IMG/VR virus record: IMGVR_UViG_3300044796_000394
DNA length: 64,000 nucleotides
Direction: 5' to 3' (one strand)
From: a virus
Lineage: Duplodnaviria > Heunggongvirae > Uroviricota > Caudoviricetes
In this document: positions 20,164 through 29,044 of the stretch, one piece after another
Numbering within the stretch: position 1 is the first letter of the stretch
Layout of the letters: each line of letters begins with the position of its first letter
Made by a program: the position numbers and the translations under genes
Notes under the pieces: model-generated
The model's input: the letters and a program-made list of their open reading frames with translations, nothing else
Told to the model about the DNA's origin: nothing
The model's database searches: none

Positions 20164-20499
20164 ATGGCAACTGCCTCTTCTGTTACTGGTGTTGGTCAAG
20201 GTTCAGCCGATAAGGCGGGCCAAAAGGGTTCCGAACATCTCTACGTTGGCGTAGAAAAATTGATCGGTGTCCGTGTCGTTGTCGCTGGTACGATTACTCT
20301 TGCTTCTACAACTGGCACTGTAACGTTCCCAACAGTTCTCAGTGGCGTAGCTGCTGACTACATCGCAATCTGCAACGGTGCTCACTTGACTTACGGTACT
20401 TCCTTGACCACTGCTGGCTTCACGGTCAATGGTACTTCAGCTGACGTTATCAGCTACATCGTAGTTCGTGTAAACAACGCCACTGTAACCGTCAACTAA
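20164..20499 (+). CDS. Small Thr/Gly/Val-rich putative virion protein
   Basis: GGAG SD, own terminator, beta-rich composition. Confidence 0.55.
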   Translation: MATASSVTGVGQGSADKAGQKGSEHLYVGVEKLIGVRVVVAGTITLASTTGTVTFPTVLSGVAADYIAICNGAHLTYGTSLTTAGFTVNGTSADVISYIVVRVNNATVTVN

Positions 20500-20520
20500 G
20501 GTTGATTGAAACAACGAAAA

Positions 20521-20546
20521 AACTCGGCTTTTATGCCGGGTTTTTT
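20521..20546 (+). terminator. Intrinsic terminator
   Basis: AACTCGGC-TTTTAT-GCCGGGTT followed by a T run. Confidence 0.8.
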
Positions 20547-20548
20547 AT

Positions 20549-20971
20549 TTAACTAGCACTCCATATGCCTCTACAATGTATTGTCATTCTTTTGAGTGAT
20601 TTCCACAAATAATCACCTATGAATAATGGTAGCATAATCGCTATCGCTAAAGCAGATCGCCCTAAGTAGACAATCCCCCCAATTCCATCACAAATAAAGT
20701 CACAAGCCCTCTCCGTAAAAGATGGTTTGTAAACTTCGTAATGTACATCATAATTGTCATACCAATCATAATTGACAGAACTAGCAGCTTGTTGAAAGCC
20801 CCGTGGTGTAATAAATGTGGGGGCTAATTGAAAGTTTGGCGAACGTCTAGGTAGCAATGATGCTAAATAATCATCATCATGTGAAACACCACCACGACTA
20901 ATGCCATCATATTTCGGCATTCGCTTAGACCTTGGCATGACCACTTCTATCAACTCATCATCATCATTCAT
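20549..20971 (-). CDS. Hypothetical protein with C-terminal hydrophobic segment
   Basis: ATGA overlap; possible TM segment IGGIVYLGRSALAIAIMLPLFIG. Confidence 0.55.
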   Translation of the reverse strand: MNDDDELIEVVMPRSKRMPKYDGISRGGVSHDDDYLASLLPRRSPNFQLAPTFITPRGFQQAASSVNYDWYDNYDVHYEVYKPSFTERACDFICDGIGGIVYLGRSALAIAIMLPLFIGDYLWKSLKRMTIHCRGIWSAS

Positions 20972-22113
20972 AATAATTTCTCCACTTTATGACCCATCAC
21001 CCATTCGCCTTCTTGATTCTTTTTATTCCTTGGTACCATCGGCTTGTTGGGCGTTAATTTTGTTGGTTGGCACTGTCCCTTCACCTTCATACTTTGTTCC
21101 ATCCTAACTTTTCGCTTTCGCATCTTAAACGAATTGATGATACCATGTACCTCTTCGTCTGACAACTTCATAAAATCGTCAGTCTTGCTCAATAGCTCTT
21201 CCAAGTCCCCCAATCCCGCTTCAATGACATCCTTATCTTCTTCAATGGGCGGAACATCCTTCCAAAAATCTGCTGGCAAAATTGGCTCAACGTAGTCAGC
21301 TTTGGGACGATGATCTACCACTTGAGGCTTTTTGTCCCAATGAGGCAGTTTGGTTGGATCATCCAAATATGAATTAACAACATCCAAGCCTTCCCGCTTG
21401 GCGATATTGCTCAGTACCTTGTACTTGTTATCAAAAAACTCTTTACCATCTTCGCAATGGAAGACCCTTGTACACATCTTCTCCCACTTCTGTTCCAAAT
21501 TACCTTGACGTTTTGCACGAGTGTTCTGCTCTTCTTCCGACATTTCTTTGATGTCGTATTTGATATTCTTGGGAACGATAGTAAACGTAGCTACCGGATC
21601 GCCCTTCTTGAAAATTAACTTACATCCGGGCAATGGTGCTTTGAATACTATAAAAAACACTTCGGGCCACCAATCCATTTCCAACAAACCGGGAATTGCT
21701 ATTGGTGTGCTACCATTTTTGTCGGCGTAAATTCTTGGGTGAGGCTGTACCATCAATCCATAACCGAGCTGCGTCTTAATATCGATCATGGAAACAAAAC
21801 CGAAATGCCAAGGAGCAAATGCCCCAAAAGGTTCCCAAGCATCGCCTGATCCTTTTGGCTTTTCTTTTGTAAAATCACCAAAAAAATGACACTTGCCATT
21901 TTCGTCACATGTTACTTCACAAGTAGTTTCCCAAGGATATATCAACTCTAAACCGTATGTTGTCGCATCTGAGAACGGCTTACAATGCCATGCTTGAGGC
22001 TTTTTCCAAGTATTATCACCCGCCCATCCACCAATATCCAACTTGGTACGACGAGGTGGTTGGCCGATATGCCATGTTCGATACTCTACGGGAATTACTG
22101 TTGGTTCTGTCAT
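20968..22113 (-). CDS. DUF6065-like protein
   Basis: AWHCKPFSDATTYGLELIYPW ... IPGLLEMDW ... FKKGDPVA pattern. Confidence 0.5.
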   Translation of the reverse strand: MTEPTVIPVEYRTWHIGQPPRRTKLDIGGWAGDNTWKKPQAWHCKPFSDATTYGLELIYPWETTCEVTCDENGKCHFFGDFTKEKPKGSGDAWEPFGAFAPWHFGFVSMIDIKTQLGYGLMVQPHPRIYADKNGSTPIAIPGLLEMDWWPEVFFIVFKAPLPGCKLIFKKGDPVATFTIVPKNIKYDIKEMSEEEQNTRAKRQGNLEQKWEKMCTRVFHCEDGKEFFDNKYKVLSNIAKREGLDVVNSYLDDPTKLPHWDKKPQVVDHRPKADYVEPILPADFWKDVPPIEEDKDVIEAGLGDLEELLSKTDDFMKLSDEEVHGIINSFKMRKRKVRMEQSMKVKGQCQPTKLTPNKPMVPRNKKNQEGEWVMGHKVEKLL

Positions 22114-22189
22114 GATAACTCGAAAAATGTTTGTAAAAATATTGCCTACATTCTAATTAATATAGTTACGATAATAATTTCAACAGGAG

Positions 22190-22384
22190 ATGATGATGAA
22201 GGGTATTATAGTTTTTAACGTCGATGTCGGACAAGCCTCATTAGACACAATTGATAGAATTCTTAAACTTAAAAAAGAAGAATACAAAGAACTGGCCGCA
22301 AAACTAGCGGAAGAGAAATACGAAATGTTAATCATTACAAATCGTACAGGTCATAACCATATAGACAAAATTGATTTGAATTAA
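22190..22384 (+). CDS. Small hypothetical protein
   Basis: AGGAG SD, followed by a terminator. Confidence 0.6.
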   Translation: MMMKGIIVFNVDVGQASLDTIDRILKLKKEEYKELAAKLAEEKYEMLIITNRTGHNHIDKIDLN

Positions 22385-22389
22385 ATACC

Positions 22390-22419
22390 AAAAAAGCCAA
22401 GCAATGCTTGGCTTTTTTT
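22390..22419. terminator. Bidirectional intrinsic terminator
   Basis: A6-GCCAAGCA-A-TGCTTGGC-T7 between convergent genes. Confidence 0.88.
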
Positions 22420-22906
22420 ATTTATCGGACATCATGCCGGAACCTGCCCCGTATTCATTCACTTTTTTTTTAGCAGTAAAATCAGCCAATTGTTTTTTCG
22501 CAAATTCTACAACATCACTAACATGATTACACGCAGCAATTGCTGTAGGGGAATTTCTTTTTTTAGCAGCTTCTTTTTGTATTTTTTGTAATTCCTGTTT
22601 AGAAGTTTCAACTTTCTTTTTAGCTTCTTCAAATTTCTTTTGCTGGAACTCTGCTTCTTTTTTCTTCATTTCGTCTGGCGTTAACTGAATTTCATTAACG
22701 ACATAGAAACCTTCACGGGGATATTTGGCCGGTGAATAATAGCCATCATGCCTAATGTTTTGCAAAGAACAAACCTTAATGTTCCTGTCTTCCAATTTGG
22801 CATTCTTGCGGGCATTAATGTACCCCTGACTGTAAGCCTCTGCTTCAGCATAAAAAACAAAAGGCCCACCCAAATAAACGTATCGTAATTGCTTTGGCAC
22901 GATCAT
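22418..22906 (-). CDS. Hypothetical protein, coiled-coil C-terminus
   Basis: ORF; AT- and Lys-rich. Confidence 0.55.
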   Translation of the reverse strand: MIVPKQLRYVYLGGPFVFYAEAEAYSQGYINARKNAKLEDRNIKVCSLQNIRHDGYYSPAKYPREGFYVVNEIQLTPDEMKKKEAEFQQKKFEEAKKKVETSKQELQKIQKEAAKKRNSPTAIAACNHVSDVVEFAKKQLADFTAKKKVNEYGAGSGMMSDK

Positions 22907-22931
22907 TCTCTCTGGGTGGACATTAAAAAAA

Positions 22932-23086
22932 ATCTCGTTTATGGTATTTCACCACGACCGGCGTTGACACTTAACTCTATCTAACCCAGACAGACTACAC
23001 AGATAATAACCCATTGCTGTGAGGCCGATAGAGAAGTATCCGGTTTACTCATAGCCCACTCATCTCTAATGATGAGCTAACGAGAC
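22932..23086 (-). ncRNA. Putative second structured RNA
   Basis: Closing helix TCTCGTT/AACGAGA, internal hairpins (CTCATC/GATGAG; TGGT/ACCA), followed by a T8 run. Confidence 0.35.
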
Positions 23087-23164
23087 CATCATCCACTATC
23101 CGTTCCGATAACCGGCAAGAGTCGTGGATGAAAATTTCACGAAAACGGCGAAAGGTTAATGTGA

Positions 23165-23310
23165 GGGTAACATTTAGCAGATGTACTCACATCGAGATCC
23201 GTAATTCGTGATTCAAAAAGGGTTCAAAGCCCTTCGTGACTGAATGATGGAATTGAACCATCCTATCTTGTGGGTATAAACCACTGACGCCCCCGTGGCA
23301 ATTCATACCC
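23165..23310 (-). ncRNA. Candidate Y-RNA-like (YrlA-type) permuted tRNA mimic
   Basis: Starts 5 nt after the Ro60 stop; T arm GATGG-TTCAATT-CCATC, loop-closed acceptor-like stem, D-like arm with GG, helix TACCCACA/TGTGAGTA, terminal GGGTA/TACCC. Confidence 0.62.
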
Positions 23311-23315
23311 ATATA

Positions 23316-24929
23316 TTACTCTTCATCACCTTCATCTTCAATAGAAGATTTTCGCAGGTGTTTACCGTCTAAATCAATCTTCACAATCTCGCCCACAACA
23401 TGGTCGGCATCCATATTGCCATCAACGAATTGCTTAACCAACTTGAAGACGTTGTCACTAAACCCGCCAAGGTTCAGAACATCCTTCATTTCCTGTACTT
23501 GCGTAGTGGCGTACGGTGCTACGTCGATACAAACCAACTTCGCCTTCGGATTACGCTGCTTCCAACGCTTCCATTCGGCTTGGAATTGACTCTCACCCTT
23601 CAATCTCTTACCGTACCGATCCGTATTCAACGATTCACACCAAGATTGATTGTCCGATACGCAGATCAGCAAATCGCCAACCCTGTTCGCATCGTTCAAC
23701 AACTTAAGTGGCGCCCAACAAGCCGTACCACCATCCGCAATCTTACCGATTGCCGACGCATTCGCCATCACAGATTGCTCCGGATCGACATTGAATGGTA
23801 CAACATGCTTTTGGAAGAACATCATTTCAGCGTTCGGATTGTTTCTCTTGAAACAAGACGCAATCAGCGCAGCCACATCCACACAACGAGTTACCGTTGA
23901 AGCCGATCCACGACCGCCCGTCACTGGGTACGTCATGGACTTGGAAACATCGGTAAAGACGTACGCAGGAACGCTATCCTTGTAATGCGTCTCAAACGAC
24001 GGAATGTTGCGAGTAGCAATCTCCATCGCCCGTTCCAAACCATCCCGCAACTCGACAGGCACACCAACGGTATTTTGGTACGCCGTCATAATCTGATACG
24101 GAAATACGGAAGCCTTTTTGATCGACACAGGATCAGCCAAGCGGTTTGCAAGCAATTCAACCATCCCCGGCACGTTAAACACACCTTGTCGTTGAAGAGT
24201 TGCCAGATTACGGAGCAACCAGAACCAGCTCGCCTTTTGAGCGATTTCGGCCCATTGATCGGTGCCTAACTTTTTGGCAGTATACATACGGAAATCCGTC
24301 TTCGGCATTTCCTTAGTTTCGCCCTTCTTCCACGCTTCGTAAACCTTAACCGATTCCGGCAACGCATCATGGTTAAATGGTCGGTCAACCATCATACCAT
24401 AAAGGGCGGAACGAGTCTTATCCAATGGGCGTGGGTGAATGTTCTTCAAGATCGTCTTGAGAGAAGGCGTACCGACGCTCTGTTGCCAGATTTCCGTAGG
24501 CGTACGGCTATTCAACCAATTAACCATTAACTCTTTTGGAACGGTTCCAAAAGACTTACGACCGGTCTTGCCAGATCGAATGATTTGGTAGAAATTGCGG
24601 AACATCGTGCCATCGTTAATGACACGTACGAAAGTCTTACGAAGCAGCTTCGTTTCCTTGCGTGCAGCTAATACAGCGCATAACAAGGCCGGAACATCCT
24701 TCATAAAGTACAATTCACGGCTGAACACGGCACACTGCGCCACGAATTCAGGCTCCACAATCATTGCGGCATTTTGAATTTGATCTAGCTGTTTCTTGGC
24801 ACTCACGTAAAGCGTGTTGCCGAGACATGAAGTCGTGCTGAGTAAAGCAAGGGTTTGCTTGGGCGTTAATTGATACGCTACACCACCAGCCTCATTGAAA
24901 GAATCCAAAGAACTAAATAACTTATTCAT
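23316..24929 (-). CDS. Ro60/TROVE-domain RNA-binding protein (Rsr-like)
   Basis: NEAGGVAY, LRNLATL, VFPYQI, vWA DVSKSM, GGT...PL, VSDNQSW, GGFSDNVF. Confidence 0.93.
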   Translation of the reverse strand: MNKLFSSLDSFNEAGGVAYQLTPKQTLALLSTTSCLGNTLYVSAKKQLDQIQNAAMIVEPEFVAQCAVFSRELYFMKDVPALLCAVLAARKETKLLRKTFVRVINDGTMFRNFYQIIRSGKTGRKSFGTVPKELMVNWLNSRTPTEIWQQSVGTPSLKTILKNIHPRPLDKTRSALYGMMVDRPFNHDALPESVKVYEAWKKGETKEMPKTDFRMYTAKKLGTDQWAEIAQKASWFWLLRNLATLQRQGVFNVPGMVELLANRLADPVSIKKASVFPYQIMTAYQNTVGVPVELRDGLERAMEIATRNIPSFETHYKDSVPAYVFTDVSKSMTYPVTGGRGSASTVTRCVDVAALIASCFKRNNPNAEMMFFQKHVVPFNVDPEQSVMANASAIGKIADGGTACWAPLKLLNDANRVGDLLICVSDNQSWCESLNTDRYGKRLKGESQFQAEWKRWKQRNPKAKLVCIDVAPYATTQVQEMKDVLNLGGFSDNVFKLVKQFVDGNMDADHVVGEIVKIDLDGKHLRKSSIEDEGDEE

Positions 24930-25389
24930 TTAAATTTTTCCTTATTGGTATGGTGTAGTTTCTACTATCCCAAGTTCTCTTGAGGTGACAGTTAGAACAT
25001 CTAACTTCACATTTTTTGATTTCCTCACACAATTTTTCAATATTAACTTTTTTACTGTATGCCAATTCACTCAAACCGGCTTTTTTATCACCTCTCACAT
25101 GATCAAACTGTAAGACTCTAGGATCTTTTTCACCACAATCAACACAAGGATGAGACTCTTTATACTCCCAAAGAAATTGACGATTTAAGTCTCTTCTTTG
25201 TTCGGCCCACTGTTTGGAACGAATATAATAATTGCCTTGATCTTTGTTTTTCCGATAAGAGTTCCTATGGTATTCGTTGGCACATTCTTTACACGAATTC
25301 AAAAGTCCATCTTTGGAAGCCGTATTTTTTGGAAATAAATCGTATGGCTTACTTAATTTACACCTAAAACATAATTTCATAAATGTCAA
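24922..25389 (-). CDS. HNH endonuclease (probable homing endonuclease)
   Basis: CFRC...CKEC N-terminal Zn; CVDCG...LQFDHV...CEVRCSNCHLKRT. Confidence 0.85.
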   Translation of the reverse strand: MTFMKLCFRCKLSKPYDLFPKNTASKDGLLNSCKECANEYHRNSYRKNKDQGNYYIRSKQWAEQRRDLNRQFLWEYKESHPCVDCGEKDPRVLQFDHVRGDKKAGLSELAYSKKVNIEKLCEEIKKCEVRCSNCHLKRTWDSRNYTIPIRKNLNE

Positions 25390-25400
25390 ACCTTATTCAA

Positions 25401-25946
25401 TCATACCTTATTACCACAAATTTTCAATCGCTCTTTATGATGAACAATTGCATCTGGTAAGGCAATTTTCTCCTGCTCAAAAACTTTACTAGCTAAAGTC
25501 TCCGGCGTATCACCCTCTTCTACCGCAACAATACGCTGTGTAATGATTGGCCCTTGATCGTACTGATTCGTGACGTAATGAACAGTGCATCCACTAAACT
25601 TAACACCACTCTCAATCGCCGCTTTATGTACATTGATTCCAAACATCCCCTTGCCACCGAAAGCAGGTAAAAGGGACGGATGAATATTAATTACTTTTCC
25701 AGCGTAATCAGGCGGAATTTCAAGCATTTTGAGAAAGCCAGCCAAAACAATTAACTCAACTTTTTTCTCTCTTGCGAACTTAAAAAACTCTTTTGTTTCA
25801 CGACAAATAACTGTTGGTATTCCAGCCTTTTCAGCAATAGCCAAACCGGGGCATTCTTTCGTAGAACCTACCCAAACAATCTTAAAATTCTTATCAATGA
25901 GATTAGCTAATGATCTACCTGTGCCGCTAATGAGTACTGCTATCAT
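25401..25946 (-). CDS. purN: Phosphoribosylglycinamide formyltransferase
   Basis: IAVLISGTGRSL, LIVLAGFLKML, INIHPSLLP, SGCTVHYV...YDQGPII; start moved to 25946. Confidence 0.9.
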   Translation of the reverse strand: MIAVLISGTGRSLANLIDKNFKIVWVGSTKECPGLAIAEKAGIPTVICRETKEFFKFAREKKVELIVLAGFLKMLEIPPDYAGKVINIHPSLLPAFGGKGMFGINVHKAAIESGVKFSGCTVHYVTNQYDQGPIITQRIVAVEEGDTPETLASKVFEQEKIALPDAIVHHKERLKICGNKV

Positions 25947-26260
25947 AATTTTCCCATACAAACCCGACAACGCCAACAGGGGTGACTCCACGCTATTGTT
26001 TTCTCTGCTGATCTTTTTTGTCGCCACGCCGTTTCATCGGTCAAAATGTCAATAAAAGGTATATCATCAAGGCGTTTTTCAGCTTTGCGATACTTACAGC
26101 ATTTTTTAGGATTGGTCAACTTAGAATTAACAAAGTAGATGATTTCTGCGTTACGGGTACGAAGTATCTTATCAGCATCCGCTTCTACCAGTTGGATTTG
26201 CGAAGGCTCACAATCCATTGATTCAGGAATGTCTCGTCGCAAGCTTCCGGTAGTTTCCAC
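25943..26260 (-). CDS. Hypothetical Cys-containing protein (start uncertain)
   Basis: Fills the gap and ends in an ATGA overlap with purN. Confidence 0.4.
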   Translation of the reverse strand: METTGSLRRDIPESMDCEPSQIQLVEADADKILRTRNAEIIYFVNSKLTNPKKCCKYRKAEKRLDDIPFIDILTDETAWRQKRSAEKTIAWSHPCWRCRVCMGKL

Positions 26261-26934
26261 GGCTTTAACTCCTCGATAGCAGCGACTCGTTCGTCGACCA
26301 TTGCTTCGATAGCAGGGAAATCGTACTCATAACGGCGAATTGCCATTAAGAAAGCACGCTCTTCATTATCTTTCCAAATAACCGGATCACCACCTTGAGC
26401 AATCCTCGATGCATCGCCCAACAACCTAAAGATGTGATAAGCAAAGTTTTCAGAACTCTTTTTAGCCTCGTAGGATCGTCGCAAATGTGACATTTGACCG
26501 TCAGCGAATCCTAAGTAATGCTTAACAACTTGTTGCGTGAGAAATTGAGATTTGATTGAGCGAAGCTCTTCCCATTCAGATGACCACTCAGCATTCTTCT
26601 CGGTAAAAAGCATTTCAATGATGGTCGGATTGCCCTTAACTAGAAGTTTGCTGAACTTCAAAACTTCATAAAAAGCATGATCAGGGTATTTGCCTTTATC
26701 TCGCTTTTTGTCGTCATGACAGACAGAATCCAATTCCGCCGTGTCGTAATTTAATGCCACAACATCACGGGTAGGGACAATGTACACGCCCGCATAATCC
26801 CGGTCACTTAACAGGTGATGGGTATTGTGGCAGCGACTCCCGGCGAGTTTGCCGAAAATGACACGACCCGGCATAGGGCGGCTTTTCAAAAACTGCCTGT
26901 AGCCGGGTTCTTCGTCAGTGAGTAAGTTTTTCAT
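26185..26934 (-). CDS. DNA polymerase beta-superfamily nucleotidyltransferase (RlaP/YcgL-like)
   Basis: GSRCHNTHHLLSDRDYAGVY, KGNPTIIEML, YHIFRLL; start moved to ATG 26934, right after the upstream TAA. Confidence 0.85.
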   Translation of the reverse strand: MKNLLTDEEPGYRQFLKSRPMPGRVIFGKLAGSRCHNTHHLLSDRDYAGVYIVPTRDVVALNYDTAELDSVCHDDKKRDKGKYPDHAFYEVLKFSKLLVKGNPTIIEMLFTEKNAEWSSEWEELRSIKSQFLTQQVVKHYLGFADGQMSHLRRSYEAKKSSENFAYHIFRLLGDASRIAQGGDPVIWKDNEERAFLMAIRRYEYDFPAIEAMVDERVAAIEELKPWKLPEACDETFLNQWIVSLRKSNW

Positions 26935-26935
26935 C

Positions 26936-27145
26936 TTAGCCCTGCAGTCCAATGACACGACCTTCATCGTTTCGCACGACAACCTTGCCGGGCGGATTGT
27001 GCTTGGCATCATCATCCGCTGCCTGCACGAGCGTACGACAATGAGCAAGGTTGGACAAAGCCAATGTCCGCTCTGGTGAGTTGGGGAGAGATCCAATCTC
27101 TCCCCGAAGGTTAACAAACAAAGCGGCCATTTTCGTGTTTTTCAT
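26936..27145 (-). CDS. Small hypothetical protein
   Basis: Operon tiling. Confidence 0.55.
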   Translation of the reverse strand: MKNTKMAALFVNLRGEIGSLPNSPERTLALSNLAHCRTLVQAADDDAKHNPPGKVVVRNDEGRVIGLQG

Positions 27146-27158
27146 TGGTCACCTTTGG

Positions 27159-27698
27159 TTAGAATGCGGCAACAAACTTTTCACGCTCATCACAAGTCTT
27201 GATGGCGTTCTTCAAGTCGATAAACTCTTCACACCAACAACCGTATCGTGCTACATTATCCTGATATGCCGGAATATCCAAGGGTACTTTTTTCCAACGT
27301 GGATTTCCATCGTCATCATACTTGATTTCTTCAGTAAATATAATGCGGCCCCATTTGTCCTTTGCCGGTTTACCCTCTTTCGTCATTTCAGGCACATACT
27401 CAACTTGGCAACAATTCAGAAGCAAATCAATGTACGCTTCTTTTTGAAGGGCGGTTTCCAAAATGTCGTTGAAGGCAATATCGCACAACGTTAATTCAAA
27501 GTCATAGCTATCGGCCATCCAAATCTGGAATCCGGGGCCGAACTTGGAAACCTTACCCCAATTGAATCTGCCTTTGTTGAATGGCTTGCCGTCGTCAAAA
27601 GCTACGGCAATGGAAGCACTGTGAAGTCTTGGGAGATGATGTTTGCTTTTAACGTCGTTAACTAGATCAAAAATTTCTGGCGGAGCGGGTTTTTTCAT
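27159..27698 (-). CDS. Protein resembling the putative phage metallopeptidase family, HExxH not visible
   Basis: IAVAF...WGKVSK...DFELTL...W/F...QKEAYIDLLLNCC pattern. Confidence 0.4.
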   Translation of the reverse strand: MKKPAPPEIFDLVNDVKSKHHLPRLHSASIAVAFDDGKPFNKGRFNWGKVSKFGPGFQIWMADSYDFELTLCDIAFNDILETALQKEAYIDLLLNCCQVEYVPEMTKEGKPAKDKWGRIIFTEEIKYDDDGNPRWKKVPLDIPAYQDNVARYGCWCEEFIDLKNAIKTCDEREKFVAAF

Positions 27699-28302
27699 AA
27701 TTCAAACCTTCTTTATCAAGATCAACAATCCAACCTGCCACGAACTCGGTCGTCACAATACTTGGAAATGATGTAGGAGTAATAGTACCAGATGTAATAT
27801 TACAACCCTTCAACTCTTTTTTCAAATGCAAAGATAGGTTATTCAAAGCACACTTACTGACACCATAAGCAATCTGCTTATCATATTGCTTAAAAGCACT
27901 AGTACTACTGACATTCAAAACTTGTCGATGCTTAATAAGGTTCTTTTCAGGTCTTCGTTTCCAAAACTTCAAATACAATTCTCTGGTCAACGCATAAGGC
28001 CCAACCACATTAACATTGAGAACTTCCAACATTTCTTCCGGCGTCAATTCCTCAATACTCTTAAGAGCATAAGTGGCTGCGTTGTTAATTAAATAATCTA
28101 CCTTGCCGTGAACATCCAAAGCTTCTTCGATAATGTCTTCATAATCTCTAGCTACATCACCATGAATGATTATATCACATCCGGCTGGTTTAGGGCCAGA
28201 ACGTGCCACACCAATAATCGCATAATCCTTATGATGATTTTGACAAAAGCTCTTGCCTAAAGTTCCCGTCACGCCAGTAATCAGTGCCACTCTCTTAGCC
28301 AT
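27667..28302 (-). CDS. Short-chain dehydrogenase/reductase
   Basis: ITGVTGTLG, LINNAA, NVSS, YGVSK (YxxxK). Confidence 0.9.
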   Translation of the reverse strand: MAKRVALITGVTGTLGKSFCQNHHKDYAIIGVARSGPKPAGCDIIIHGDVARDYEDIIEEALDVHGKVDYLINNAATYALKSIEELTPEEMLEVLNVNVVGPYALTRELYLKFWKRRPEKNLIKHRQVLNVSSTSAFKQYDKQIAYGVSKCALNNLSLHLKKELKGCNITSGTITPTSFPSIVTTEFVAGWIVDLDKEGLNYEKTRSARNF

Positions 28303-29041
28303 TTTTTGGTTCCTGCCCATATTTTTTAGTTGCCCATTTTTCAGGTGAATGGAACCACATAACGAGACTGTTACGCTGCATCATACGATTGTTAATAAAA
28401 CTGTGATATGAAATCGGACTGACTTCAAATGCTACCAGCCGGTTTGATACAGGCGGAATTCGCTTAACTGGTTCCGTACCTTCTTTGTGATCTGGATAAA
28501 AAGCCGTTTCACCACCAAAATCGTCATACCACTTCTGGTTCTGGAAGTAGTACAATACGGCAATGCTTCTCACACAATGAACGGCACCTTTGGTTCGTCC
28601 ACGGTAATTGATTTGCTGTCTATGTGCATTAGTACCATTATCCAACGGTTCTTTGGCAAAACTGGCTATGTCGTAATCATTATGAATATACCCGCTCTCA
28701 CTGTCTGTTCTATGATGGTGAAGCTCGGCAAGAACGTTTTTAGTTAAGTTGTGCTGGAAAAACCCATTGATAAACTTTCGCCAATCAGGACTATAGACAA
28801 TATCACCGTACACTGAATCTGCCTCTGGACAGATGTTGTAGCAATATGCGTCATAATGATCAAATTTCCAGAATTTACCCGACTGTGACTTCTGTACAAG
28901 ACTACGTTCTAGGCGTTCATCCAAACCTTTACACATACTCCGATAAACGTCACGTTTAAAGACATTATCGATGATGATATGACGAAAAGGTTTTTTGCGG
29001 ATACGAATACTAATGTCTTCGCTGAGTTGATCTAATAGCAT
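28295..29041 (-). CDS. 2OG-Fe(II) oxygenase
   Basis: HNDYD (HxD), RSIAVLYY, GGET, NRLVAF...SYHS...RNSLVMW. Confidence 0.82.
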   Translation of the reverse strand: MLLDQLSEDISIRIRKKPFRHIIIDNVFKRDVYRSMCKGLDERLERSLVQKSQSGKFWKFDHYDAYCYNICPEADSVYGDIVYSPDWRKFINGFFQHNLTKNVLAELHHHRTDSESGYIHNDYDIASFAKEPLDNGTNAHRQQINYRGRTKGAVHCVRSIAVLYYFQNQKWYDDFGGETAFYPDHKEGTEPVKRIPPVSNRLVAFEVSPISYHSFINNRMMQRNSLVMWFHSPEKWATKKYGQEPKNG

Positions 29042-29044
29042 GAA

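Noticed and set aside
22985-23000. Group I intron R element-like CAGACTACAC
   Set aside because: No matching P, Q and S elements on the same strand and no interrupted gene
23217-23235. Plus-strand T-loop-like GGGTTCAAAGCCC
   Set aside because: No matching acceptor or D arms at tRNA spacing on the plus strand; it is the complement of the hairpin closing the acceptor-like stem
23234-23308. Canonical tRNA gene at the T-arm
   Set aside because: A cloverleaf reading gives only 5 acceptor pairs, no variable loop, a poor anticodon arm and no CCA; the permuted Y-RNA reading fits better
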